DNA of 64,000 nucleotides from Neophaeotheca triangularis. Lineage: Eukaryota. Positions 10,621 to 22,907 of this stretch are shown here, piece after piece. Numbering within the stretch: the first letter of the stretch is position 1; each line of letters begins with the position of its first letter. A program made the translations under genes and the position numbers. The notes under the pieces were generated by a model. That model was not told where the DNA came from. It saw only the letters and a program-made list of their open reading frames with translations, and did not search any database. The stretch lies in contig BAAIJX010000043.1 in NCBI GenBank assembly GCA_054600435.1, positions 124,001 to 188,000 of the forward strand. The letters are read 5' to 3'.

Positions 10621-13338
10621 TCAAGATGCCTCATCATCTTCGGTTGTGAACTTCTTCCTCCCTCCTCCGGTGAGATTTTGAAGTGCCACCTTGTTGACCT
10701 GCCCACCGACCTTGGCTTGCATCTTCTCAATCTCTGCCTCAGCATCTTCAGCCTCTTCAGAAGCGAAGTCAAGCACAAGTCTGCGTCCAAGAATATGGGT
10801 GTCGCGCAGCGCGTCCATGGCATTTTCCGCCTCCTTGGGGGTCGTGAAGTCGGCGAAAGCGAAACCGCGCGTGCCGCGACCCATCTTCTGCGGTAACCTG
10901 ACAGAGCGGAGCTGCCCGTAAGCTCCAAAGAGGTTCCGAATATCTTTCTTCGTGGCCTCGAAAGGCAAGTTTTTGATGACGACTTTCGTCTTCTTGGCAG
11001 CTTGTTTTTTGGCTGCATCCGCCTTGCGACGATCTTCAGCGGCATCAGCGCCCTTGTGGCTTGCGCGAAGTTGAAGCTTGTGGCCTTCAAGAACATGCCC
11101 ATCCAAAGCTTGAAGTGCTGCCTGGGCTTGCGGCGCGCTGCGAAATTCGAGGAAGCCGAAACCCATTGATAGGACTTGTCCTGGTTTCTTTGGGTCCGTC
11201 TTGGTCTTCACGCGCGCGCTCAGGAAACCGTCGAGTGGCTTGAAGACCTCGTTGAGGGTTGCACTGGTTGTCGTGAAGTTCAAGTTCCGCACAAATAGTG
11301 TTGCGGTGCCTGCAGTATCGGCGACATTGTAGTCTGCGTCCTTCAAGTCCAATGCAGAGACTTTGTTCACTCCGTCGGCGTTTGTGGCATCATCATCTGT
11401 CGCAGCACCGGTAGCGGAGAACAAGGCTTTCGGAGCCTTCTCCAAGAACAGCACAGAGCTCTTGATCTTCCTATACGCCAGTGCACCGAAAGCGGCCTTG
11501 CACTGTGCAGCATTGGCGTACTCTACGACTGCGATGACTGCAGAAGGCGGTACCAGGAAATGTTTAAGTTCTCCGTGCTCCTCGAACAAGCGTTTTAACT
11601 CGTCTCTGCTGCAGTCGTAAGGGATGTTCTTCACAAGGATGGCGGTGTCTCCTCGTTGGCTCTTCTTGAATGCATCGAGATCGACGCCCTGCTGTTTGAA
11701 GTACGATTTTGTTTCCTGGATAATGTGCGTCTCGGCATGGGCTTGCTTGACGGCTGTATCGCTGCTGGTGGGATCGAGGACTTCGGATTTTTGCAGACCC
11801 AAGCGATCCGCTACACTGCTGACAACAGCATCGGCATTCATATACAAAGCGTTCCAGTTGAAGGTCGTCGAAGCTGCTTCTCTTCTCTTCTTGATCTGCT
11901 GTTGCTTCTTCAGGGGCAGCTTGGACAACGCGAAATCATCGAGCTTGTTTTCTCGTTTGGCCGAAGCGGGTAGGATGTGCAACAGGCGGCCTTGAAAGGG
12001 TTGTCCATCTTTATCGCCAATAGCTCGCTCAGCGGCATCTGAGTCGCTGAATTGGAGGTATGCGAAGCCTTTCGGATCCCCGGTCCGTGTATCAAGAGGG
12101 ATGTGTACCTGAAAGAATCCTGTGTCAGTCGCGTGTCTGGATTCATTTCATGTCGGTTTCATAGAATTTTGCCAATTGCTTGTCAGAAAAGAGATGCATC
12201 TACTAAAATACTCTCCCAGGTTCGAATCACTTGCTGTTGCATAATCTGTCCCTATCTGGATTCATCCCGCAAGACCAAAACTAGATCGAAAGAAAGGTGG
12301 AGTACTGACCTCTTCTATGTTGCCGTATCTGCCAAATTCTGACTCGATGTCTTCGCGTTTGACATCATAAGGCAAATTGCGCAGGAAAAGTCGCATGCTC
12401 GACCGAACCGCCTCGGAGCTCTCGTTGTCGGGCTTGCCATCGTCCTTCTCTGGGACATCTTCTGATGGCGGCGTAGGCATTGCAGCTGGCTCGGGAGTCC
12501 GCTCCGCGGTGCGGTGCTTTGGTACGTCCTCAGAGTCAGAAGTATCGGAGCCGACTTCTCGACCGTTGGGTCCTGAAGTAACTGCATCTTCCTCATCCTC
12601 ATCGAGTAAACCGAGTAGACGGCTGGTTCGGGACCGCATCCAGTCGTTGTCAGAAGCGGCAGGTTGTTGAGCGACACCCTCTTGCGTATTTTCAGTCTTG
12701 TCTTCGTGGGTGGCTTGTGCTTCAACAGGTTGAGCGGTCTCCGACTGGTTGATCTGAGCCTCGTTGGGAGACGACTCCTTCGCACGTTTGGCCTTCTTCG
12801 GCACGACCTCATACTCGTCATCGCTCCCACCTTCTTGAACCTCGAGAGCTTGCTCCGCCGCTTTCGAAACACTTTCAGCGCCAGTGCCAGCAACATCTTG
12901 ATTCTCCCAAGCGTTTTTCTTGCCCTTTGACTTCATGACTTCAAGAAACTCCTTGAGCTTTGGGTCGACCTCCTCTTTGCCTTCACTACCTCGTTTGCGC
13001 TTCTCCCCCCTCTCTCCTGCGATGTGACGGTCACCAAGGACGGTCTGATTGGTCGACGTCGCAGCCTTCTGAGCAGTCGGTGCTTTGCCAATCTTTGCAT
13101 CTTCAATAGGTCGGGCAATTTCCACTCCAATCCTGCTCATACGTATGAAGCTTTTGTTGAAATACTTGACAGCCTTGTGCGCATCCTCTGGGGTTTTGTA
13201 GCCCACATAACCTATGCGTCTACGTGGGAAAAGTTTGGCATCTGTGATCTCACGCCCTTGAAAGGCAAAGTGCTTCCTGAACTCCACATCAGAGAAAGAA
13301 GGGGGCAAGCCCTTGACGAAGATACGGGAGGACTCCAT
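10621..13338 (-). CDS. MRD1: Multiple RNA-binding domain protein 1 (multi-RRM, 40S biogenesis)
   Basis: MESSRIFVKGLP...IGYVGY; FNWNALYMNADAV; SMGFGFLEF; RGFAFADF; intron 12109-12309 joins the two ORFs in frame (EE|VHIPLD...KGFAY). Confidence 0.95.
12178..12273 (-). ncRNA. snR64: Intronic box C/D snoRNA, snR64-like (25S rRNA Cm2337 equivalent)
   Basis: Inside a 201-nt intron: C-box-like GGGATGA (12268-12262), guide AGATAGGGACAG (12257-12246) complementary to LSU rRNA CUGUCCCUAUCU, D box CTGA (12186-12183), terminal CTTG/CAAG stem. Confidence 0.8.
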
Positions 13339-13539
13339 CTCAGATTGGAATCCGCTCGTTCATCGATGTTGTAGGGTGATGAAATGGAAAGAAAAAAGTC
13401 GTCTAGGTAGTAGAGCTGGAAGCCCGACTGAAAAGCGCAAAATCTTGGCACAAAGCAATGGCCCACTAAAACTGGCCGGGCCTGGATCCCGAGCGTCAAG
13501 CTTCGACATCAACTTGCGCGCCGCTGTGCTTTCAGCTTC

Positions 13540-13567
13540 GAGAGAGAGAGAGAGAGAGAGAGAGAGA
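13540..13567. repeat. (GA)n microsatellite in the MRD1/DYN2 divergent promoter
   Basis: Uninterrupted gagaga run. Confidence 0.95.
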
Positions 13568-13623
13568 TATCCGATTCTCATATCTCCGCCGGTAACCCTC
13601 TCAGCACATCAAGCCAGTCGACC

Positions 13624-14297
13624 ATGGCAGACATGAAGGAGGAAGGGGCGGGCAGCAAGCTCGAAGGTACGTGTTCAACGCCTGTTTAGCCTCTTCAGCA
13701 GCGAGCAGAGGGGTGGCTAACACACCCAACAGCCCAAGTGAAGTCGGCCGACATGGTATGAATGCACTCGATAGCAGGTCGTAGTGTGAGGCTAATACCA
13801 GACGCGAAAAGACCGAGGAGATGCAGCAAGAAGCCGTCGAAGTTGGTACGTTTGGCTGATGTCTGACCATTTCCTCCTTGATAAATCTCGAATGCTAACA
13901 ACACGCCTCAGCCCAAGAAGCAATGGACAAATACACAATCGAGAAGGTATCGTGAAGCCCATTCGTTTTGCTGAATCCCTTGCGCGGCAGCTCTGATACG
14001 GAATGACTAGGAAATCGCCCACCACATCAAGCGTACTGTGAGTGCTTGCTTGCCTGCGAACCGAAGCAGCTCCTATCGGTCACTGACAGCATCACAGTTT
14101 GACGAGCGGAAAGGAGCGACATGGCACTGCATTGTTGGGAGAAACTTCGGCAGCTTCGTTACCCACGGTAGGCCGGACCCCCTTCACCAGCGACAAGTGG
14201 CGTAGATTATCAATACTGACTGGTCTACCCAGAGACCAAACACTTCATATACTTCTACCTCGGGCACTGCGCGATACTGTTGTTCAAGACTCAGTAG
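13624..14297 (+). CDS. DYN2: Dynein light chain LC8 (7 exons)
   Basis: Spliced: [98 protein letters not shown]; missed by the ORF track. Confidence 0.95.
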
Positions 14298-14722
14298 GGC
14301 ATGTCGGGCGGCTGGGCTGCAGCGTTCAGCATGAAGCAGAGCGGACAAGGGGCTTCCTTTCTCCCTTCGATCAATACCCACAATGGCATTTGACAGTCTT
14401 TGACCAACCTGACCATCATCATATGTCTTATCCCTTTCTGCCTCTGCTTTGACCGGCCTGCCTCTCTACCAATAGCGAGACGACTCTGTTATCGCAATAT
14501 CTGTTACTACCATTACATGCACGGACCACATACGTTGATTGTTCGGGGTTAGCGCGTTTACCTCACAGCCACAGCCGCGCCACTCTCTAGGCGCAGACGT
14601 CAGATGTCTTACGACCGCGTAACCGTGGGAGATCGTCCTATATCATTGTCGCATAGCCTGAGATCACTCCTAACACTATCAGACACTCTCACACGCTTCT
14701 GTAGCATCAAACAGTCAACGAC

Positions 14723-15257
14723 ATGGCGTTTTTCTTCACCTGCGGCACGCACAGTAAGCACCACACAACGCGGCGCATCGCGAATCGATCACAGACAGCT
14801 AACGATTCGCGTCTACAGCATTCAAGTCCCTCCTCTCGGGCTACGAACACATTACAGCACAATGCCAGAATTGCGGCAATTTCAGCGCGAAAGTCACGAA
14901 ACGATGGTACGCCAGCGCCGTCTAGAATCTACTCATGGGTTCACGACTAGGAAGCCGAACGAACCTCCAACGGCCTAGCTAACATACAATAGGGAGTGGT
15001 TCACGTTCTGCTTCATTCCTCTCATCCCCTTCAGTCTTAAACCATGGCACGAGGTCTCCTGCCACATATGTCGGTTCCATCAGGACATCAAACACCGGCC
15101 GGACGTGCAAGCGCAGATGGATGGGAATGGCAATGAGCATGGCGGGCAGATACCGATGCAACCGCAGCAAGGACGAAACCAGGGCTGGCAAGGACAAGGT
15201 CCGCCAAAGATGTCGGGAGGGCAAGGAGGTCAGGGAGGCCAGCAGGTGTATAAGTGA
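14723..15257 (+). CDS. Small zinc-ribbon protein (UPF0768/YBL029C-A-like), 3 exons
   Basis: MAFFFTCGTHT/FKSLLSGYEHITAQCQNCGNFSAKVTKRW/EWFTFCFIPLIPFSLKPWHEVSCHICRFHQD...; two CxxC pairs and a Q/G-rich tail. Confidence 0.8.
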
Positions 15258-16044
15258 CGAGCCTGGAAGTTGGGACTTGAGCGGGTGTGACAAGTATGGA
15301 GTAGAGAGAGTAGTCAAACGAGCGTGACCGTGTGGATAATGCGGCGCAAAGGGACCGCAGCGGAAAAGCAAGGTGTTTGGCGCACGAGGCATCGGTGCAA
15401 CGAGAAAGGGGGATGGGATTGCTTTTTCGAGATACCACCTGCGTGTACAATATTTATTCTACTTGAAGGGTGTTTATTCTATTTGAAGGGTGGACGAACC
15501 TTTGACTTGGACTTGAAGCTTTCCCCACATTGTAACGTGAACGGACGGTAACGACGAAGGTGTACCTGAGCTTTGGAAAGTGCGTCTCGATCGGAAGCTC
15601 TTCATAGTTCAACACAGAGTTACGAGTCTCATAGTGATCGGGTCGACATTCGCTGAAGCCCCGCGGTAAACAAAGTCCATGTTTAATCTCCCTGCCACAG
15701 CATATTTTCGCAGCCACCTGCTTTTAGCAGGCATACTTGTACTTGCGATTCAGTAGCGTAGAGATGACGTTTTTTTTTTTGTAGGTATCAGCAAACACAA
15801 GGAGATTTTCGTTTTTCTTCATGGGCAATGCACGTAGATTCGCTATTGAAAAGTGAAGTTCGGTAAGGTTGCTTGAAATTTGAACGGCTGCTTACCGCCA
15901 GATTTCGGCGATTGCGCTAGTAAACCAAGCCCCTCCCAACAATTTTCGCTTTGCTCTCAATCAAATACTCCCTTCCACCTTCAACCCCGACAGTTATACA
16001 TATCTTATCAAAAGCCGCGCAAATTGCGCGCAACAACCGACAAG

Positions 16045-17221
16045 ATGACTTCTCCAGGCGAAAAGAAGAACATTTCGCTGGACGTCAACGAGTTCATCCG
16101 CACCAGAGATGCAGTGAGTAGTCGCCGAAAAAGTCGCGTTCGACGACGAGCGCTAACGCGTCTTTCGCAAGCTCTCCACGGCCTACATGTCCCTTTCGAC
16201 GTCGATCGACAGGGCCGTGAAAGCCTACATTGACCATACCAATGTCGTACTCGCTGGTGATGGCTCTCTCAACGTCTCCTACCTTACTGAGCCCTTTGCC
16301 GCGCTCGGGGGGAACATTGACCCAAAGCTTCTGGCCCAATCTGCTCTCGCGCAGTCAAATGGCAACGACACCGTGAAAAAGGAGGACACCGATGGCAAGC
16401 GCAAGAAGCGCAAGTACACCCCTCGCGACCCGAATGCGCCCAAGCGCCCTCTCACTGCCTACTTCCGTTACCTCCAGGAGCAGCGTGGTAAGCTCAGCGA
16501 ACAGATGGCAAAGGATCCCGAGGGTTCGCACCGTGCCGGCGACATTTCCAAGCTTGCGACTGCTCAGTGGAAGGCGATGCCCTTGAGTGAGCGCCAGCCC
16601 TACAGGGATGCTTACCAGGAGGCCACCAAGGAGTATCATCGCAAGGTCGCCGAGTACAAGGCTGCGGGAGGGGTGGTACCAGAGGAAACCGCTTCGCCGA
16701 AGGAAGACGATGAGGACGAAGAGGAGGAAGGTGCCGCGCTGACTAATGTCAAGCCTGGTGAAGAGACGAGCAGTAGTGGGGAGAGCTCTGAAAGTGATGA
16801 CGACGATGACGAGGACGAAGAAGAGGAGAAGCCAGCACCGTCTCCTCCCAAGCAGGAGAAGAAGACGCCCAAATCTAAGAAGTCTGCAGTCGCCAACGCC
16901 GCCGCCCCTGCTCCTCCCAGCACTGCCAAAGCGAACAGCAAGAGCGCCGCCGCTTCTATGCCTCCCCCTTCTTCTGAGCCGCCACGCAAGACCTCCCCCG
17001 ATTTGAAGCGCAAGGCTCCTCCCGCCACTCCCGAAACGGAGAACAAGAAGAAAAAGAAGCGCGGCCCCAAGTCCAAGGCTGAGAAGGAAGCCGAAGCCGC
17101 TGCGGCCGCCGCACCCCCTTCATCCGCGATCGCCGATTCGCAGCCCGAACCCGAAGCGGAGGCCCCATCTACCTCGACCAAGAAGGCGAAGAAGGACAGG
17201 AAGAAGAAGAGTGAGGCTTGA
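16045..17221 (+). CDS. HMG-box non-histone chromatin protein (Hmo1-like)
   Basis: Exon 1 MTSPGEKKNISLDVNEFIRTRDA plus GTGAGT intron; HMG box RDPNAPKRPLTAYFRY...AQWKAMPLSERQPY; acidic then Lys-rich tail. Confidence 0.88.
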
Positions 17222-17988
17222 GCTTGCTCATATTTGCCTTGCAATGCGCATTGCTTTGTATGTGTACATGTAGTTGCTAATATTAAAGGGACTAAGGACG
17301 CAGTGAGGCCAAGGCAGAAGCTCGCAGGCAAACCCGTGAGCTTCGATCGCGCTCTGATTAAGGCAGCGATGAAGCCCGCTGTTACGATCACGCTTCATGA
17401 CAAGGACGCACTGGACTGAAGCAGTCGCTGCAGAATGTCATGTACAATGCCGTTGCTTCGCCACCGCACATTAGTCTTGGCATTGCATTCGAGAAGGATT
17501 GAGCCATTAGATCGCTGGGTCTCGACGGGTTGCTCTACTGCGCAAGTGTTGGGGCTGTGTTAACGGCGGTCAGATTGCCTTAGGGAGGGTCTCAAAAGTT
17601 ATTTGCTTGCTGTATCATAGGAGGCTTCGATACCCAGACAGCATAATTCACAGCGAACGTCGTGGCTGAGATGCAGCTCTTGCGTGATACAACTCCGCAA
17701 TTGAAGGATTCTGCACGACTGACACTTCCATCCAATGTATCTCGAGAAAGCTCAATTATCCCCCAAGCGAATTGCTCGATTCGGCAGGTACAAGCGCGTA
17801 GTACCTTCACCCAACGATCCTGCTGGGGTCTTGGCTTTGTCAATGCCACCGTTCATGGGTGAGGCTGACACGGCACGGTCGCCTCTGGGAGGTAATGAAT
17901 TTTGAACATATGAGTGGCTGTCAGTAGCACCACAACCTTACCTACGAGACACCGCCGACGACGAACTCACCATTCGGCTGTTGCCACT

Positions 17989-20558
17989 ATGGAACCACGA
18001 GGTAGGCTCTGGCTTGTCGTATGGACGACTATGTTGTTCGCAACCTGCGTTGCCTTCTTCTCATTCCGGGCACACGATGGAACTTCTCTCGAGGCATCAA
18101 GACACCGCGCCGATTTCAAAGCACCTCATCACAACGTATGGGCCGAGCTGTCCAACGAGGAGAGTGAGGATGTTTTCAACTTCGTAACGAAGAGGTTCAA
18201 AGACGCCAACGTTACTTTTGACGGGCGTATCGAGACGCTCCAACCAAACAAATCAGACACAGCGCCCTACCTCTATGAAAATGGCTCACCGCCTCTGCGA
18301 TACGCCAAAATTATGATCCGTCAGGCGATTGACAGCGTACCACACCTCGTCTATTACCAAGTCGGACCCCTTCCCATTAGCGCGGAGTCAACGATGCAGC
18401 CTTTGACCTATCCTTTCAACTCCGGTCGCAACCATGTCGAAAGCCTCATCGAAGACTACAACAGCATGCTAGAGTTCGCGATGGCCGCGGGAGCACGCAT
18501 CAGCGACATCACAGACGAGCTACTCGGTGCTAGAGTCAACCTCCAGGACCGCAACGATCCTCAAGGCTTGATGGCATGGCCGCGTCCGACCCTCAGATCC
18601 ATTGGCGGCATGACGCTGTGGGTTCAATTTCTGCGACCAGGGTTCAGGAGCGGAGCCCGAACGCTACTGCCGCAGGGCATTTATGCGAAAGTCAACGCTT
18701 CGGGGTCTAATGCTGATGACTGGATTGTGAGTGAATGGTACTACAATGGCAAATTGTATGCAAACGAAGACAGATTTCGCAGTGCTGTCTTCGACGACCC
18801 TGATTTCGTATCCACTCCAGCGAATGTCGATGGCCCCTGGACGGACACCGAGGACTTTCAATCCGAGCCCTATGGAAGGGCTATGCCTCCACCTGTGACT
18901 GTTCAGCCGTATGGGCCACGGTATAGACTTGACCGCGAGGAGAGATTTGTCTCTTGGTTTGGGTTCGAGTTCTATTTCTCCACGTCAGCGGCGACGGGTG
19001 TGAGCGTCCACGATATTCGATTCAAGGGCGAACGAGTGATGTACGAGCTTGGGTTACAAGAGGCAGCAGCTCACTATGCTGGTGACGATCCAATGCAGGC
19101 AGGTCTATCCAAATGCTCGCCTTGCCGCGCCACGGCTAACGATTTTGAACAGGGAGGCTTAGAATTCTCAGACACCTTCTTCGGCATGGGTAAGATGGCA
19201 TTTGAACTCGTTCCTGGCTATGACTGCCCAGCATACGCCGACTTCTTCGACAACACGTGGCACGGCCTACTTTCATCAACCACCACACCCAATGCAATCT
19301 GTCTCTTCGAGTTCACTGCAGATCACTTGCTGAGCAGACACACGGCGCAGTATACAGTCACGGCTTCGCGCAACACCTATCTCACCCTCCGCTTTGTGAG
19401 CACAGTAGGCAACTACGACTACACCATTGACTATGTATTCTATCTGGACGGCACCATCGAAACCAAAGTTCGCGCTTCTGGTTTCATCTTTGCGGCTTTC
19501 TATGCCGTTGGTAACACTTCTAAGCACGAAGACGAGTACGGTCATCGCGTCCACAACGCCCTGGCTAGCAGCATGCGTAGGTACTGCTGAATTGCGATCG
19601 CCGAGTCACCTGACTGACATCCTAGGCAGACGACCATGTCATCAATTTCAAGGCCGATTTGGACGTAGCCGGTCCGTCCAACGATATGGTCCGTATGGCG
19701 GTCGAGCCAGTAACCCAGAGTTTTCCCTGGGATAGCCCAGAAGTGTCAAAACGCAACACGATGCACCTAGTTTCCTATCCCGTGACATCCGAGACTGGTC
19801 TGGATTGGCCGCCAAACTCTCAAGAGTTTTACCTTGTATACAACGCCGACCAGCTCAACTCCTGGGGCGAGCGCAGGGGATACCGCATTACCCCAGGAAC
19901 GGGCATGGGAACACCCCCTCACCTCACCATCCAGAACTCGACAACTCTAGCCAACAGCGCCCGATGGGCCGAAAAAGACATATGGATCCTGCGGCAGAAA
20001 GACACAGAACCCTCGTCCGCGGACCCACTCAACTACCTCAACCCATCCAATCCAATCATAGACTTCAGCAAGATGGTGAACGACGAATCGCTGAAAAGCA
20101 CCGACGCAGACGAGTACGACGGCGATCTAGTCCTCTATTTCAACCTCGGAGCCCATCACATCCCACACTCGGGTGATGTGCCTAACACACTCCACCACAC
20201 TTCCGCCTCCAGTGTCATGTTCGTACCGCATAATTTCGCGGACCGCGACCCCAGCCGAGAGAGCGTGCAAGGGGTTCGATTACAGCTGGGAGGGCATAAC
20301 GAAAGCGGGGGCTTCGCAGGTGAGGCTGCAAGAGATGACGCGGCTTTCAGGGGAAGGAGTGATCTGCGTAGCCGGTTTCAAAGACGACAGGGAGGGGAGA
20401 AGGGGGTCCAGGCGAGGTACTTTGGTGGTACTTACCGTGAGGGTCTTGAGCTGCCGCTGGAGCAGATGGAGCCGGATTTGGGGGAAAAGTATTGGAGCCG
20501 TGAAAACAGGGTGACGGACTTGGGGTTCAATGGAAGTATCGCTGGGAGGGGACAATAG
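17989..20558 (+). CDS. Copper amine oxidase, N-terminally anchored
   Basis: TPQ motif TVGNYDY; Cu-ligand MHDH formed across intron ~19577-19628; third His in GAHHIP; N-terminal TM helix; probable GC-AG intron 19099-19152. Confidence 0.93.
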
Positions 20559-21091
20559 GTAGGGCCGAAGGGGGGCAGTGGGCAGATTGGGAACCCATGG
20601 CAAATCAGGTGGCTTGGCCAAGGTAAAAGCATGGCGAGTTCTTTACTGGTTCCATTTTCTCTCACTACACGATTAAGTAGTCCCGGGCAGTATTGATAGG
20701 GCTCTGCCTGGGAAAACTCTTTGTCTGCTTGAATTTTCATGCTGCTATTCACCCATCCCATCAATGGGGTGCGAGCTCAATCATGACTGCTGGTTTTTTC
20801 GTAGGGCAGGGAAACATCGAATGGAACTTCTTCCGAGCAGGTTGACGAACATCAAAACAGGGTATGAGGCTGAGAAGAAGTGTTGACCCTCAGCTCGCAA
20901 GCAAGTATATACTTCAAATGTAACAACATTGATGACCATCCTGACTTCATCCAGCTCATTTGACGTTCACATGGTCTTCCAGTGCTTCGGGAACATGGCC
21001 CAAGCTTCAGAACCTTTTCCAACCTCTACTACAACAAACCATCAGCCTCAGGCAACCTCGTCTCCCCTCCCAAACAACAAAAGAACTCGCC

Positions 21092-21931
21092 ATGCCCAAA
21101 CCTCTAACATTCAAAGGCGACAAAAAGCCCAAAAAGAGAAAGCGCGCAACCTCGCCCTCAGCCGACGACCCCAGCAATAGCAGCAGCAAAAGCACAGCCC
21201 TCACCACCACATCCGCCGCCCAAGCCGCTCCAGACGACGAAGACTCGTGGGTCCCCGCCGACCAAGCCTCCGACATATCCGGCCCCGTCCTCTTCGTCCT
21301 ACCACACACGACTCCCCCCTCCTGCTTAGCGAGCGACGCCCTGGGCGCCATCTTTGCTTCGCCAATCGAGAACATGGTCGAAGGCCAGCCTGCAACGGCG
21401 GAACCGCACGATGTGCGTCAAGTCTGGATCGCGAATAAGATTGTGGGTGGTGAGGGCAAGTTTACGTTCAAGGGCCATCAGGGGCGGTATCTGGGGTGCG
21501 ATAGATCGGGGGAGGTGAAAGCTGAGCGGGAAGCGGCGGGCAGCGAGGAGACGTGGGGGGTTGTGGGAGTGGAGAATGATGGGTCCCGGGAGGGTGCGGT
21601 TGTCAGGTTCCGGGTGAGGAGTTGGAAGGAGCAGGATCTTACCGCGGTTGAGACGGAGGGGGGGAAGTTGCCGGAGATTCGTGGGCAGGCTGGGGCGGGT
21701 GAGGGGGCGGAGATGCTGATCCGGATGCAAGCGAGGTTCAAGCCAAGGTTGAAGGCTGATAAGGCGGAAAAGGTTCGGGCGAAGATTAGTCGGAAGGAAT
21801 TAGAGACGGAGGTTGGTAGGAAGCTGGAGGATGAGGAGGTTAAGAAGCTGAAGAAGGCGCGGCGAGAGGGCGATTTTCATGAGGTCATGCTTGATGTTAA
21901 GATTAAAGGGAAGCACGACAAGTTTGCTTGA
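21092..21931 (+). CDS. FRG1: FRG1-like protein
   Basis: MPKPLTFKGDKKPKKRKR NLS; AEPHDVRQVWIA; FKGHQGRYLGCD; C-terminal HEVMLDVKIKGKHDKFA. Confidence 0.9.
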   Translation: MPKPLTFKGDKKPKKRKRATSPSADDPSNSSSKSTALTTTSAAQAAPDDEDSWVPADQASDISGPVLFVLPHTTPPSCLASDALGAIFASPIENMVEGQPATAEPHDVRQVWIANKIVGGEGKFTFKGHQGRYLGCDRSGEVKAEREAAGSEETWGVVGVENDGSREGAVVRFRVRSWKEQDLTAVETEGGKLPEIRGQAGAGEGAEMLIRMQARFKPRLKADKAEKVRAKISRKELETEVGRKLEDEEVKKLKKARREGDFHEVMLDVKIKGKHDKFA

Positions 21932-22907
21932 TTTGAGATACCCAGACGAGAAGGCAGGAAAGACGGAATAGAAGCTGTTGCAGGCACGACTAGAGACCCC
22001 CAAGGGCTTTCGAATGAAGCGTCCGCATTGGGGTTCAAGCGTGTTGCCGCTCAACGCCAGTCGTTATGTGCTTTGTCTGTTCTTTCGGACATTGGGTAGA
22101 CCATTCGACGAAGACTGGTAGCAATTGGTTCCTTCCCTTCACAATGGAGAGCAGATTCTGTTCCAGCAGGCACAGGACGGCAAGGCGCAAATTACATGTC
22201 GAGACGACCTAATCTTCCTGCCTCGTCCTCGCCCAAGAAGTTACACGACGCGGCCAACTCTGATTACCCTTGTGCACCGCCAGGATAATAGACCGCCAGA
22301 CAGTAAAAAAATCCGAGCGCCGTGACATACCTACAGACAACAAAGTGCAGAGTATCTAACTTCCCCCGGCACGCACTAGCTCATCCACATATGTTTCTAC
22401 CTCGAGGTATTATGGGAGAGATGCTCCCCTGAGTAGCTCTGGTTGCGGGATGGTGAATTGGGACGCCTTGGCTGGGAGAAAGGGGCGTGAAAGGTTCCAA
22501 AACGCTGTCCCCGTCCCCGTCCCCGATCGCCGCTTTTGCGTCGCGGAAGCCTTCCCAAGGTGATGGATGGGAGCATCTCAGAACGGTATACGAGCGAGGC
22601 AACTCTGAGTGCGCAATAAGGATTTTTGCCAGGAACGCGCGAAATACATGCTCGAGAAGCACCGGGAGCGTGAGACTCGACAGAATGCTCATTTGTTGAA
22701 AAGATATATGGATGTACGCTCAGTAGCTTCCCGAGAATGATGGACTCCTGTAGCTCAAGATATCGTTGTAGTAAGTATGTGAGCAAAAATTCAAAGCAAA
22801 AACCAATTGCATTCACAGTCATAACTTCATGATATTAAACTCTGTCTCCACTCTAGATCCACTCTAGATCAAAGGAAAACGAAAAGGAAACCAGCTCCCA
22901 CAAAACA

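Noticed and set aside
12215..12232. GGTTCGAATC tRNA T-loop/B-box-like motif
   Set aside because: No cloverleaf; lies on the antisense strand of the intronic snoRNA
22381..22822. Short overlapping ORFs between FRG1 and urease
   Set aside because: No homology cues; probably 3' UTR/intergenic
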